DNA from: Myxococcota bacterium
GTDB lineage: Bacteria; Myxococcota_A; UBA9160; UBA4427
Length of the DNA: 64,000 bases
Assembly: GCA_036336835.1 (NCBI GenBank)
Contig: JAYZFK010000094.1
Location: 1 to 64,000 of the forward strand
Reading direction: 5' to 3'
In this document: positions 19,256 to 28,633 of the stretch, piece by piece
Position numbering within the stretch: the stretch's first letter is position 1
How the letters are laid out: the number at the start of each line of letters is the position of its first letter
The notes under the pieces: generated by a model
Told to the model about the DNA's origin: nothing
What the model saw: only the letters and a program-made list of their open reading frames with translations
Databases searched by the model: none
Made by a program: the position numbers and the translations under genes

Positions 19256-21478
19256 TCAGGCTGCAGTGACCTCGACCGGGATCCCGTTGGCGACACTGGT
19301 GCCCGACGGGGCATCGAGCGGAAGCTCGTCGGTCAGGCTGTTGGCATTGACGCCGGGCTGCTGTTGCGCCGCCACCGCGAGACGCGAGCCCGCCTCACGG
19401 TGCCCAAAGCCGTGCGGCAGGCTGACGACGCCAGGCATCATCTCGTCGCTCACCTCGACCTCGACCTCGACCTCGCCGACCCGCGAGCGCAGGCGCGCCC
19501 GGCCTGCATCGGCCAGACCGTATTGCGCGGCGTCGTCCGGATGCACGAGCAGGGTGCAGCGCGGCTTGCCTCGCGCCAGCACCGCCAGGTTGTGCAGCCA
19601 CGAGTTCATGTTGCGCGCCTGCCGGCGCCCGACCAGACGGAGCCCGGTGTCGGCTGCGAGCTCGGCCATGCGCACGCGAAGGCGCTCGACGTCGCTGGTG
19701 ATCAACCCGTCCGCCAGCTTGATGCGCCGTCCCTCCGAGCGCAGGATCTCCGGGAAGCGCGACTCGAGCGGTCCCAGATCGATCGCGCCCTGCGCTTCGC
19801 GCAACCGCGCGAGCGTCAGTCCTTCGGGCCGCGCGCCGAAGTGATCGCCGTATGGCCCGCAGCGCAGCTGCAGCTCGATCAGTCGCATCGGCCCGCGCTC
19901 GTCGCCGAGCTCGGCCAGCACCTGCTCCGGTTCGCGGCCAATCTTCGCAGCGAAGCGCACCGCGTTCTCGAGCAGCATCGCATCGTCGAGCTGCGCTGGC
20001 GGGATACCCTGCAGTCGCGCGGCGAGCTCGAGGAAGACCTCCCAGGAGCGCATCGAGCCCGGCTCGGGCTCGAACACCTGCTCGGAGTAGCGCACGAAGT
20101 TTCGCACGGTGGTCGACTGCGCCAGGAAGTCGAAGTTGTCGTGCTCGAGCTGGGGCGCAGTGGGCAGGATCAGATCGGCGTGGCGTGTGGTCTCGTTGAC
20201 GTAGAGATCGACTGCCACCATGAACTCGAGCCCCTCGAGCCCGCGAGCCAGGCGGTCCCCGGCCGGCATCGACAGCACCGGGTTCCCAGCAACCACCACC
20301 AGCGCACGCATCCGCCGCTCGCCCGCGGCCTGCGGATCGAGCTCCTCGCCAAACGCCGAGGCCGGCAGGTGCCCGTCGATCGCCGGCAACCCGCGCACCG
20401 CCGTCTGGTAGGGACCGATCGAGATCGGCGGCAGCTCGTGACCGGGCTCGTGCTGACCCGTGGCCGGTCGGGGGAACATCATGCCGCCGGGTTCGTCGTA
20501 GCGACCGAGCAGGATGTTCACGACATCGATCAGCCAGCTCGCAAGCGTGCCGAACTCGACGGTGCAGGTGCCGATGCGTCCGTAGACGCAGGCGCGCGGG
20601 TGCGCCGCGAGCTCGCGCGCGATCCGGCGCGTCGTCTCGGCTGCGATGCCGGTAACCGGGGCGACCGCCTCGGGAGAGAACTCCTCGGCCAGCCTGCGCA
20701 CCTCGTCGACGCCGTCGGTAAAGTCCGCGAAGCGACCGAGCTTCACGCGGTCTTCGCGGAACAGCACGTGCGCGATGGCGAACAGCCAGTACGCGTCACT
20801 GCCCGGCCTGATGAACACGTGCTCGTCCGCCGCCCTGGCGCTCTCGGTCCTTCGCGGATCGACCACGACGAATCGGCCGCCCCGCTGCTGGACCGCACGC
20901 AGGCGCTTGCCGATGCCGGGGGCCGACATCAAGCTGCCCTGGGAAACCAGGGGATTGCCGCCCAGACACAGGAAGTAGTCGCAACGATCGATGTCCGGGA
21001 TCGGCAGGATCGAGCCCTTGCCAAACATCACACGCGCTACAAACAACTTCGGGAAGTGGTCCATGGTCGCCGCGGAGAAGACCCGCGGCGATTTCAAGGA
21101 GTGCATGACAAACCGGCTGTAGAGCATCGAACCCACATCGAAACCACTCGGGTTGCCGATATAGATGCCGAGCGCGTCGTCGCCGTGTGCCGACTGCACC
21201 GCGCGGATGCCCTCGGCAGCCCGATCGAGCGCCTCGTCCCAGCCGATCTCCAGCCAGCTGCCGCCCGGCGTCTTGCGCAGCGGCCGGCGCAGACGGTCGG
21301 GATCGTCGAACACGCCCTTCAGGGCGTACGCCTTCGGGCACAGGTGGCCCCGGCTGATCGGATCGGCCGCGTTGCCCTCGATGCGCACGACCTCGCGCCG
21401 CTCTGGATCGGCCTCGATCCGCAGGCTGCAGCTCGCCTCACAGATCGGACAGGAGCGCTGGAACCAACGTCGCGACAT
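19256..21478 (-). CDS. Molybdopterin-dependent oxidoreductase with N-terminal 4Fe-4S site
   Basis: CPICEASC...CPK, DPDRLRRP, VDPRRTESA, DLYVNETTRHAD, PGVVSLPHGFGH. Start at ATG 21478, not the 1478-aa track ORF start. Confidence 0.92.
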   Translation of the reverse strand: MSRRWFQRSCPICEASCSLRIEADPERREVVRIEGNAADPISRGHLCPKAYALKGVFDDPDRLRRPLRKTPGGSWLEIGWDEALDRAAEGIRAVQSAHGDDALGIYIGNPSGFDVGSMLYSRFVMHSLKSPRVFSAATMDHFPKLFVARVMFGKGSILPIPDIDRCDYFLCLGGNPLVSQGSLMSAPGIGKRLRAVQQRGGRFVVVDPRRTESARAADEHVFIRPGSDAYWLFAIAHVLFREDRVKLGRFADFTDGVDEVRRLAEEFSPEAVAPVTGIAAETTRRIARELAAHPRACVYGRIGTCTVEFGTLASWLIDVVNILLGRYDEPGGMMFPRPATGQHEPGHELPPISIGPYQTAVRGLPAIDGHLPASAFGEELDPQAAGERRMRALVVVAGNPVLSMPAGDRLARGLEGLEFMVAVDLYVNETTRHADLILPTAPQLEHDNFDFLAQSTTVRNFVRYSEQVFEPEPGSMRSWEVFLELAARLQGIPPAQLDDAMLLENAVRFAAKIGREPEQVLAELGDERGPMRLIELQLRCGPYGDHFGARPEGLTLARLREAQGAIDLGPLESRFPEILRSEGRRIKLADGLITSDVERLRVRMAELAADTGLRLVGRRQARNMNSWLHNLAVLARGKPRCTLLVHPDDAAQYGLADAGRARLRSRVGEVEVEVEVSDEMMPGVVSLPHGFGHREAGSRLAVAAQQQPGVNANSLTDELPLDAPSGTSVANGIPVEVTAA

Positions 21479-21574
21479 CGCACCTCCCACGACCACTCTA
21501 CCCGGGGGCGTCAGCCCCGAGCCAGTCGGTTGGGGTAGGCTGCGTCCTGCCCAGCTCTTACGAGGAAACGAACA

Positions 21575-23062
21575 TTGGCCAAGCGCGACCACTCGGCCGA
21601 CTGGAAGCCGCTGCTGGAGAAGCTGGAGCAGAAGAAGGCCTGGGCCCGCGAGCTCGGCGGCCCCGAGCGCGTCGAACGCTTCATGCACTCGCGGGGCAAG
21701 CTCGACGCGCGCCAGCGCATCGAGCGACTGTTCGACGCCGGCAGCTTCGTCGAGCTCGGCGTGCTCGTGGGAAATGTGGAGGGCGTGCCGGGCGATGGCT
21801 TCGTGTGAGGTATGGGCCGCGTCAATGGACGGCCGTGTCTGGCCGGCGTCGAAGACTTCTCCACGCTGGGCGGCTCCATCGGTCAGGGCGGAACCGCGCA
21901 GCGCTACCGCATGGCCGAGCTCGCCATGCAGGAGCGCGTGCCGCTGGTGATGATGCTCGAGGGTGCGGGCCACCGGCTGACCGACACCGGCGGCGGGGGC
22001 CGCGCGCCCAACGACCTGCTCGCGATGGCCGACCTGGGCGGCCACGTGCCGATGGTCTGTCTGGTGCTGGGCGCCTCGGCCGGTCACGGTGCGCTGGCCG
22101 CCCCGCTGTCGGACTTCGTGGTGATGAGCGAGCAGGCCGCGATGTTCACCGGCGGACCGCCCCTGGTGAAGAGCGCCACCGGCGAGGAGGTGACCAAGCA
22201 GGAGCTCGGCGGACCGCAGGTGTGTGCCGAGATCGCGGGCTCGGTCCACAACGTGGCACCGGACGACTCGGCTGCAATCGAGATGGCTCGCGACTATCTG
22301 GCCTACTTCCCGCTCTCGCGCGACGGCTCGCCGCCGCGGCGCGACGGGCCCGACAGCGGGCCGCGGCGGGTGGAGGAGCTGCTCTCGATCATTCCCCCGA
22401 GCGACCGCACGCCCTACCAGATGCGCAAGGTGATCGACCGCGTGGTCGACGAAGACAGCTTCTTCGAGATCCAGCCGCGATACGGACAGTCGCTGATCGT
22501 CGGCATGGCATTCCTCGGCGGGCGCGCCGTCGCCATCGTGGCAAACGATCCGTCCCACCGCGCCGGCGCGGTGGATAGCGCGGCGGCGATCAAGGCAATG
22601 GACTTCCTCGAGACCGTCGGCCACTTCCACCACCCGGTGATCTTCCTGGCCGACAACCCGGGCGTGATGGCCGGGACCCGGGCTGAGCGCGAAGGCATCC
22701 TCAAGTGGGGCGGCAAGATGTTCCGGGCCGAGCGGCGGATCCGTGCCCCGAAGCTCCACGTGACGATGCGCAAGGCGTTCGGCTTCGGCATGGTCACGAT
22801 GGCGGGCACACCCTTCGACCACCAGACGCTCAGCTTCGCCCTGCCGGGCGTGAACCTCGCGGCGATGCCCGCCTCGAGCGGCGGACGCGCCGCCAAGCTC
22901 AGTGACGAGCAGCAGCGCGCGGCGGAGGAAGCGCAGACGGCCGGGCCGTACCGGATGGCCACGGGCATGGGTGTCGACGACGTGATCGATCCGCGCGATC
23001 TGCGCAACGCGCTGCTCGGCGGCCTGCTGCTCGCCGAAGGCCGCGACACCGAGCGGAGCTGA
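21575..23062 (+). pseudogene. Acyl-CoA carboxylase carboxyltransferase (beta) subunit interrupted by an in-frame TGA at 21806-21808
   Basis: RGKLDARQRIERLFDAGSFVELG...DGFV*GMGRVNGRP...EDFSTLGGS...DNPG; both halves are in one frame. Confidence 0.7.
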
Positions 23063-23109
23063 CGCGGCAACCGACCGCGCGAACCGATGCGCGAGACCCG
23101 TCCGGGAGC

Positions 23110-23883
23110 TCAGGGGGCGGGTCGGAGGTCCGAGCCGGCCGGCGTGTGCAGCGGCTCCAACCGGCGCGCCTGCGCGCGGATCGAGCTCGGCACGGCCCCG
23201 ATCTCCACGGAACGAAATTGCTCGATCTGAGCGAGCAACGCGTCCGCAACCGCGTCCGCGTCGATGCCCGGCACCTCGTCGCCTGCCGCGCCGGTCCGCG
23301 ATCCGTCGAGCGGAAAGCCGAGCGCCGCGTAGACCCCCTCGAGCGCCGCCGCGATCCGCGGCGCCCCCTGTACGACCACGACGCCTCCGACGTGTGCCGC
23401 ACTCCTCAGCACGCGCTGGCCGACGCCCATCAGCTTCACCGCGCCGCGCGCGTTGACGCTGAACTCGCCGGGGCAGTACTCGCCGGTCACCTCCCCGACG
23501 CGCGCGTCGACCCCGAGCGAGCAGAGCGCACGGGCGACCAGCGACGCCAGCACCTCGAAGCGCGCGCGGATCCCTGCACGCGGGTTGCGCGCCGGGACCG
23601 TCCAGGCAAAGGCGAGTGCGTGGCGCTCGAAGACGGCGGCCCGACCGCCCGCCAGTCGCAGGATCGGCTCGAAGCCGGCAAGCCGCGCACACTCGACGGC
23701 GCGCCCGAAGCCGGGCCGGGTCCGATCGAGCAGCGAGAAGGCCATGGCGTCGCGCGGGCGGTAGAGCCTCAGGGATTCCGGCGCCTCCCGTGCATCGACC
23801 GACCGCAGCAGCGCATGAGACAGCGCCGTGTCGGCGACCGCCGAGCGGCCCGGTCCCTCGCGATGGACCGTCAGTCGTGTCAT
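23110..23883 (-). CDS. Lipoate-protein ligase family (BPL/LPL catalytic domain)
   Basis: RLAGGRAAVF, GEVTGEYCPGEFSVN, KLMGVGQR; GGGAGG RBS. Confidence 0.85.
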   Translation of the reverse strand: MTRLTVHREGPGRSAVADTALSHALLRSVDAREAPESLRLYRPRDAMAFSLLDRTRPGFGRAVECARLAGFEPILRLAGGRAAVFERHALAFAWTVPARNPRAGIRARFEVLASLVARALCSLGVDARVGEVTGEYCPGEFSVNARGAVKLMGVGQRVLRSAAHVGGVVVVQGAPRIAAALEGVYAALGFPLDGSRTGAAGDEVPGIDADAVADALLAQIEQFRSVEIGAVPSSIRAQARRLEPLHTPAGSDLRPAP

Positions 23884-24274
23884 CTCGCCCTCCCGACCGA
23901 CGTTCCCGCCGAGCCCCAGGGTCGCACCGCCCCCGGGCCGCCCGCCAGTCTCGTACGGATCGCTGAAACTGCTCTAATCATCCGTCGCAACTATCCGTCT
24001 TGGCAGAGGGTTTCAGGACAATCCGCGGGGACACGGTGGCGCCCCTCCGCTTCCGGCGCCGGGCGTCCGACGCCAACGAAACGTCCGGAGCGTGCTCCGT
24101 GGCACCCTCCATGGGAGGCCCTGGATCGGGGGGAGAACGCCGTGACCAACGTCGAATCGCACGCGGCCCGCGCCGACATCGGCGTTGGCCTCGTCTCGCT
24201 GCGCTCGCCCTGCGGTCCGATCGACTCGAAACGCCGCGATGCGTCCTGACCGGTCTTAGCGCGGGCCCCACGCC

Positions 24275-26353
24275 GTGGATACTGTCCGAGCGATGCGCGC
24301 TGTCACCCAGCTCTTGATCGCGTGCCTGCTCGGCGCGATGTCTGCCACGTCCGCGACCGCGCAGGCACGCGAACACATCCCGGTCCGCTTCAAGCGGGCC
24401 GAGCTCGCGGACATCATCGACCGGCTCGCGCCGGCCCTCGGAGCGCGCTTCATCTACGACGCGACGCTGAAGGGACAGGTCACGATCGCGGTGCCCCGGC
24501 CGGTGTCGAAGAACGAGGCCTGGCAGCTGCTCCACGCGGCGCTGGCGCTGAAGGGCTTCGCGGCACAGCCGACTCCCGCGGGCGGCTACAAAGTGGTGCC
24601 GCTCCGCGCGGCGGGAGACTCCGATCCGTGGACGCTGGCTGCGCCCTCGCCCATCGGCGAGTCGCGCATCCTGACCCTGATTCCGCTGCACGAGGTTTCG
24701 GTCACCAACGTGCTCCCGGTGATCAAGCCGCTGCTCGATCCGACCACGATCGCGATCCCTCTGCCTTCGACCAACTCCCTGATCATCGCAACCACCGAAC
24801 GCCGGGCCGCGGCAGTGATCTCGCTGCTGCGCGGACTCGACGTTCGGGACAACAGCGAGCTGCGGTTGCGAACGCTTCGAGAACGCGATGCCACGGTCGC
24901 ACTCGACGTGATCAACGCACGCTACCCCGAGGAGAAGGCTCTGCACGGCCGCGTCAGCGCCTGGATCGACCAGCGCACCAACACCCTGATCTACCGCGCC
25001 CCGCCAGCACAGCGCCGCGAGATCGCCAGGATGCTCGACGAGCTCGACCAGCCGACCGAGATGCCCGGCGAGATCCACGTCATCGCGCTGCACTACGCCG
25101 ATCCCGAGCGCCTGGCGGACCAGCTACGCGCGTTGGCAACGGGCGGCGGCGTGGGGCTGGCGAGTCGCTCGCTGCTGTCGGGCGCCGCACTCAACGTCGT
25201 CGCCGAGCCCGGCACGCAATCACTCATCGTCAACGCGGCCCCGGAGGTGATCGCCCTGGTCCACGACGTCGTTGCACAGCTCGATCGCCCGGCACCACAG
25301 GTGGTCGCGGACGTGCTGGTGCAGGAATGGGCCTATGACGAGGGCCTGGAGCTGTCGCTGATCGGCGCGACCGTCGTCGGCTCGGACCCGATCGTCGGGA
25401 TCGAACTGCAGAGCCTCGCGGGAGGCTTTCGCCCGCAGGCTCTCGAGGACGCGCTGTTGATCCACACGATCAACCTCCCGCATCAGCTCCAGCTGATCGC
25501 GAACCAGTCCGGGGTCGATTCGGCGACCCTGCAGCGTCCGCACCTGGTGCTGCTGAGCGGCGAGGAGCAGACCCTGTTCGTGGGCAACAACGTGCCGATC
25601 CCGGTCGCTCCGAGCACGACCGGACAGGCGACCAACCTACGCAACAACCAGACGACCATCGAGCGACACGACGTCGGCATCGAACTGCGCCTGCGCGCCT
25701 CGGTCGGCGCAACCGGAGCGACACAGCTCGACGTCACACTCGACATCGAGAACCTGCGTTCCTCGCTGACCGGCAACGTCGCGGAGGTCGGCCCGACCTT
25801 TACCCAGCGTCAGCTGGAGACGACGACTTCGCTGCTGCCCGGTCAGGCGCTGCTGATCGCAGGGGCCACGCAAGGATTTCGTCAGGTGACGCGTACAGGC
25901 GTCCCGTTCCTGATGAACATCCCGATGCTCGGCAACCTGTTCGCAACTCGGAGCGAGCAGGGGCGACGGGCGCGCATCGTCATCGCCATCCAGCTGCAGG
26001 CACTGCCCGACAGCGATTCGCTGCTCGCGCACAGCATCGAGCGGCGCATCGCCTTCGAACGTGCGACCGCCACCCGGGACGCGATCGGCCTGCCACCGGG
26101 ATCGGGGTTCGCCCTGCGAATCGCCAGCGAGCCCTCGCGCGAGGCCGCCTTCGCGCTGGCTCGCCAGCACGAAAGCGACGCCCACCCGGCGCGCGTCATC
26201 GCCTGGAGCGGTCAGGACACCGAGTACTACGATGTCCACCTCACCGGCTACGAACACATCCTCGACGCTGCCGACGAAGCCTACCGCCTCAGCTCACTCG
26301 GCCTGCGCAGCGACGTGATCCCGCTCGGCAACGCCGCGTCGAACCTGCAGTAG
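24275..26353 (+). CDS. Secretin (GspD-like) with C-terminal SPOR-like domain
   Basis: Signal peptide; N0 domain (FKRAELADII..FIYDATLKGQVTI); N-repeats (TNSLII, TNTLIY, TQSLIV); secretin core (VGNNVPI, DVGIELR, GVPFLMNIPMLGNLF). Start may be ATG 24293. Confidence 0.85.
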   Translation: MDTVRAMRAVTQLLIACLLGAMSATSATAQAREHIPVRFKRAELADIIDRLAPALGARFIYDATLKGQVTIAVPRPVSKNEAWQLLHAALALKGFAAQPTPAGGYKVVPLRAAGDSDPWTLAAPSPIGESRILTLIPLHEVSVTNVLPVIKPLLDPTTIAIPLPSTNSLIIATTERRAAAVISLLRGLDVRDNSELRLRTLRERDATVALDVINARYPEEKALHGRVSAWIDQRTNTLIYRAPPAQRREIARMLDELDQPTEMPGEIHVIALHYADPERLADQLRALATGGGVGLASRSLLSGAALNVVAEPGTQSLIVNAAPEVIALVHDVVAQLDRPAPQVVADVLVQEWAYDEGLELSLIGATVVGSDPIVGIELQSLAGGFRPQALEDALLIHTINLPHQLQLIANQSGVDSATLQRPHLVLLSGEEQTLFVGNNVPIPVAPSTTGQATNLRNNQTTIERHDVGIELRLRASVGATGATQLDVTLDIENLRSSLTGNVAEVGPTFTQRQLETTTSLLPGQALLIAGATQGFRQVTRTGVPFLMNIPMLGNLFATRSEQGRRARIVIAIQLQALPDSDSLLAHSIERRIAFERATATRDAIGLPPGSGFALRIASEPSREAAFALARQHESDAHPARVIAWSGQDTEYYDVHLTGYEHILDAADEAYRLSSLGLRSDVIPLGNAASNLQ

Positions 26354-26549
26354 CATCCGCGCCCCGCCTTCTGACACTGTTTTCGATCCGGCACGCCAGA
26401 GCCCTGTCGCGTTCGCCCTGCGCCCGCTGGGAGTCACGATGACGCAGCTCTGGCGAGGCCTGCCGGGCCGGGAAGCGATTGCTCGGGCGCCGAATCGCTG
26501 TTCCGCGATCCCGGCTCAGCGTGGCCGCCCACGTTACCTTTCACGCTGC

Positions 26550-27437
26550 ATGTCACTCGATCGCGCGCGCCGTTGGCGCAGCCTCCACTTCGTTCCCGGC
26601 GCCAGCGCCAAGATGCTCGACAAGGCTGCATCGCTCCCGGCCGATGCGCTGATCCTCGACCTCGAGGACGCGGTGATACCCGAGGACAAAGACGCGGCGC
26701 GCGCGCAGGTCGCCGAGTGGCTCCGCTCGACCCCGACCTCGGCCGATCGTCTGGTGCGCATCAACCCGCTCGACACACCCTGGGGCCGCGCCGACCTCGA
26801 GGCCACGCTGCCGGCGCGTCCCGACGGCTTCATGATCCCGAAGATCGAGCGTCCCGGCGATCTCGAGCAGGTCGACCGCCTGCTCTGCAAGCTCGAGACC
26901 GCACACGGCCTCGCCACCGGCTCCACGAGCGTCATCGCCATCGCGACCGAGACACCGCGCGCCGCACTGCGGCTCGAGGAGATCGCCGACGGCCCGCGCA
27001 TCGTCGGGCTGACTTGGGGCTCGGAGGATCTTTCGGCAGTACTGGGAGCCACGCGTACCCGCAGCGACGATGGACGCTACCTGCCGGTATTCGAGCTGGT
27101 TCGCCAGCTCACGCTGCTCGCTGCGCACGCCGCGGGAGTGGCCGCGATCGATGGCGTCTACACCGAGTTTCGCGATCTCACTGGCCTCGCGCGCGAGGCC
27201 GAGCAGGCCGCCGCCAGCGGGTTCACCGGCAAGCTCACGATCCACCCGGCCCAGATCGAGCCGGTGAACGCAGCCTTCACTCCCGGAGTCGAGACGCTCG
27301 AGACGGCCCGGGCGATGCTCGCGGCCTACGAAGAGCATCGCGGCGCGGGCCGCGGAGCCTTCGTGTTCCGCGGCAAGATGGTCGACGCGCCGCACCTCAC
27401 GCTTGCCCGCCGGCTGATCGAGCGCGCGCAGAGCTGA
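26550..27437 (+). CDS. CitE/HpcH-HpaI family CoA-ester lyase
   Basis: RSLHFVPG, ILDLEDAV, VRINP, GSEDLS, GKLTIHPAQI, GKMVDAP. Confidence 0.92.
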   Translation: MSLDRARRWRSLHFVPGASAKMLDKAASLPADALILDLEDAVIPEDKDAARAQVAEWLRSTPTSADRLVRINPLDTPWGRADLEATLPARPDGFMIPKIERPGDLEQVDRLLCKLETAHGLATGSTSVIAIATETPRAALRLEEIADGPRIVGLTWGSEDLSAVLGATRTRSDDGRYLPVFELVRQLTLLAAHAAGVAAIDGVYTEFRDLTGLAREAEQAAASGFTGKLTIHPAQIEPVNAAFTPGVETLETARAMLAAYEEHRGAGRGAFVFRGKMVDAPHLTLARRLIERAQS

Positions 27438-27560
27438 GCGCCCCGTGTCCCTGCGCCCGCCAGCGCCGCCTACCGCGGATCGGTGCTCGGCGTCCTGTGC
27501 CTGGTCCAGGTCGTCGACTTCGTCGCTCGCCAGATCCCCTCGAGTCTGGTGGGCGCGCGG
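27438..27560 (+). pseudogene. Degenerate N-terminal remnant of a spinster-type MFS transporter
   Basis: YRGSVLGVLCLVQVVDFVARQIPSSLV resembles the spinster MFS TM1 consensus YRxYVLxxLxxVYxxNFxDRQI. No start codon before it and no continuation. Confidence 0.45.
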
Positions 27561-27579
27561 AGTACGGCTCGACCCCGGG

Positions 27580-28629
27580 TCACGGCTCCGACCCGGTCGG
27601 AGCGGTCGCGTCGGCTCCCGCCACCGCGCGGACGGCGCGCAACAAGCGCCCGGCGTACTGGCGGTGCGCCAGTGGACTCGGATGCGCATCGTGCGGCAGG
27701 TTGCGCATCCCGGGACGATCGAGATCGAGAGCCAGTCGCACAGGAGTCGCCCCAAGCGCGGCAGCCTCGGCGAGCACCTCCTCGCTGGCGCCGGCGATGC
27801 CCGCCACGATGACCCGAGCGCCCGCCTGCTGCGCGCGTTCGACGAATCGGCGTACCAGCGCTCGGGTGACCGCGGGACCGTTGGCGCGATCGCGCTCGAA
27901 CGCATTCCAGCGCCGCTCGGCCGCGTGCACCAGCGCCGAATACCGCATTCCCGGCCACTCCCGGTACTCGACCTCGGCCATTTCGACGCTCAGCTCTCCG
28001 TCGTCATCGAGGCGAGCAAAGGGCTGGATCAGCGGTCCGAGCGAGCTGAAGGGTGCAACGCGCTTGCGGCGCTCGCGCACGAAGGTATTGCGATCGACGT
28101 GGAACGCGGCATAGGCGAGCACCGCGACCGCAGGCGCCTTCCGTTGCTCGAGCGCGCGCTCGAGCTGCAGCAGGGACTGCAGCGTTCCGTAGCCGTTCAC
28201 GGAGTAGTTGACGACTTGCCAGTCAGGGAGCCATTGCTGGAGCTGCCACGCGTAGACGGCCTCATCGTCGACGCCCCAGCCGTAGCTGAACGAACAGCCG
28301 AAGATCCACAGGGCCGGGGCATCCCGGCCTGCATCCTGCGGGCTCTCGGGCGGGCGCGTGATGCGCAGCGTGTCGGGCCCGTGGGTCACGCGAAAGGCGG
28401 AGCCGCTCGCGAAACGCACCGTGTAACGCCCGGGCAGCATGCGGTAGCCGAGCACGGCGTCCGCCTGGTACAGCCGCCCGCCGGGCTCCACGCGAAGCGC
28501 GGGGGCCTCCGATCGCCACGGGACGTCGCCACGCGCACGCACCGCAAGCTCGGCCAGCCCGAAGACGCCCGCGAATACCGCCACACAGTAGACGCTGTAC
28601 AGCAGCGCGAGATGTCGGCCCGACGACAA
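27580..28629 (-). CDS. SGNH/GDSL hydrolase-like membrane-anchored protein
   Basis: N-terminal TM; IFGCSFSYGWGV, NYSVNGYGTLQ, DAHPS. Start approximate (TTG 28629). Confidence 0.75.
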   Translation of the reverse strand: MSSGRHLALLYSVYCVAVFAGVFGLAELAVRARGDVPWRSEAPALRVEPGGRLYQADAVLGYRMLPGRYTVRFASGSAFRVTHGPDTLRITRPPESPQDAGRDAPALWIFGCSFSYGWGVDDEAVYAWQLQQWLPDWQVVNYSVNGYGTLQSLLQLERALEQRKAPAVAVLAYAAFHVDRNTFVRERRKRVAPFSSLGPLIQPFARLDDDGELSVEMAEVEYREWPGMRYSALVHAAERRWNAFERDRANGPAVTRALVRRFVERAQQAGARVIVAGIAGASEEVLAEAAALGATPVRLALDLDRPGMRNLPHDAHPSPLAHRQYAGRLLRAVRAVAGADATAPTGSEP

Positions 28630-28633
28630 CGGC

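Noticed and set aside
19450..19478. Tandem ACCTCG repeats
   Set aside because: They encode EVEVEVEV within the Mo-oxidoreductase C-terminal domain; a coding repeat.
21806..21808. Genome-wide TGA reassignment
   Set aside because: TGA terminates many genes here at expected positions (e.g. 1258, 9190, 12193), so the code is standard.
19256..23692. 1478-aa ORF suggesting a giant fusion
   Set aside because: Only the part from ATG 21478 is the Mo-oxidoreductase. The upstream half is the stop-free antisense shadow of the carboxyltransferase.
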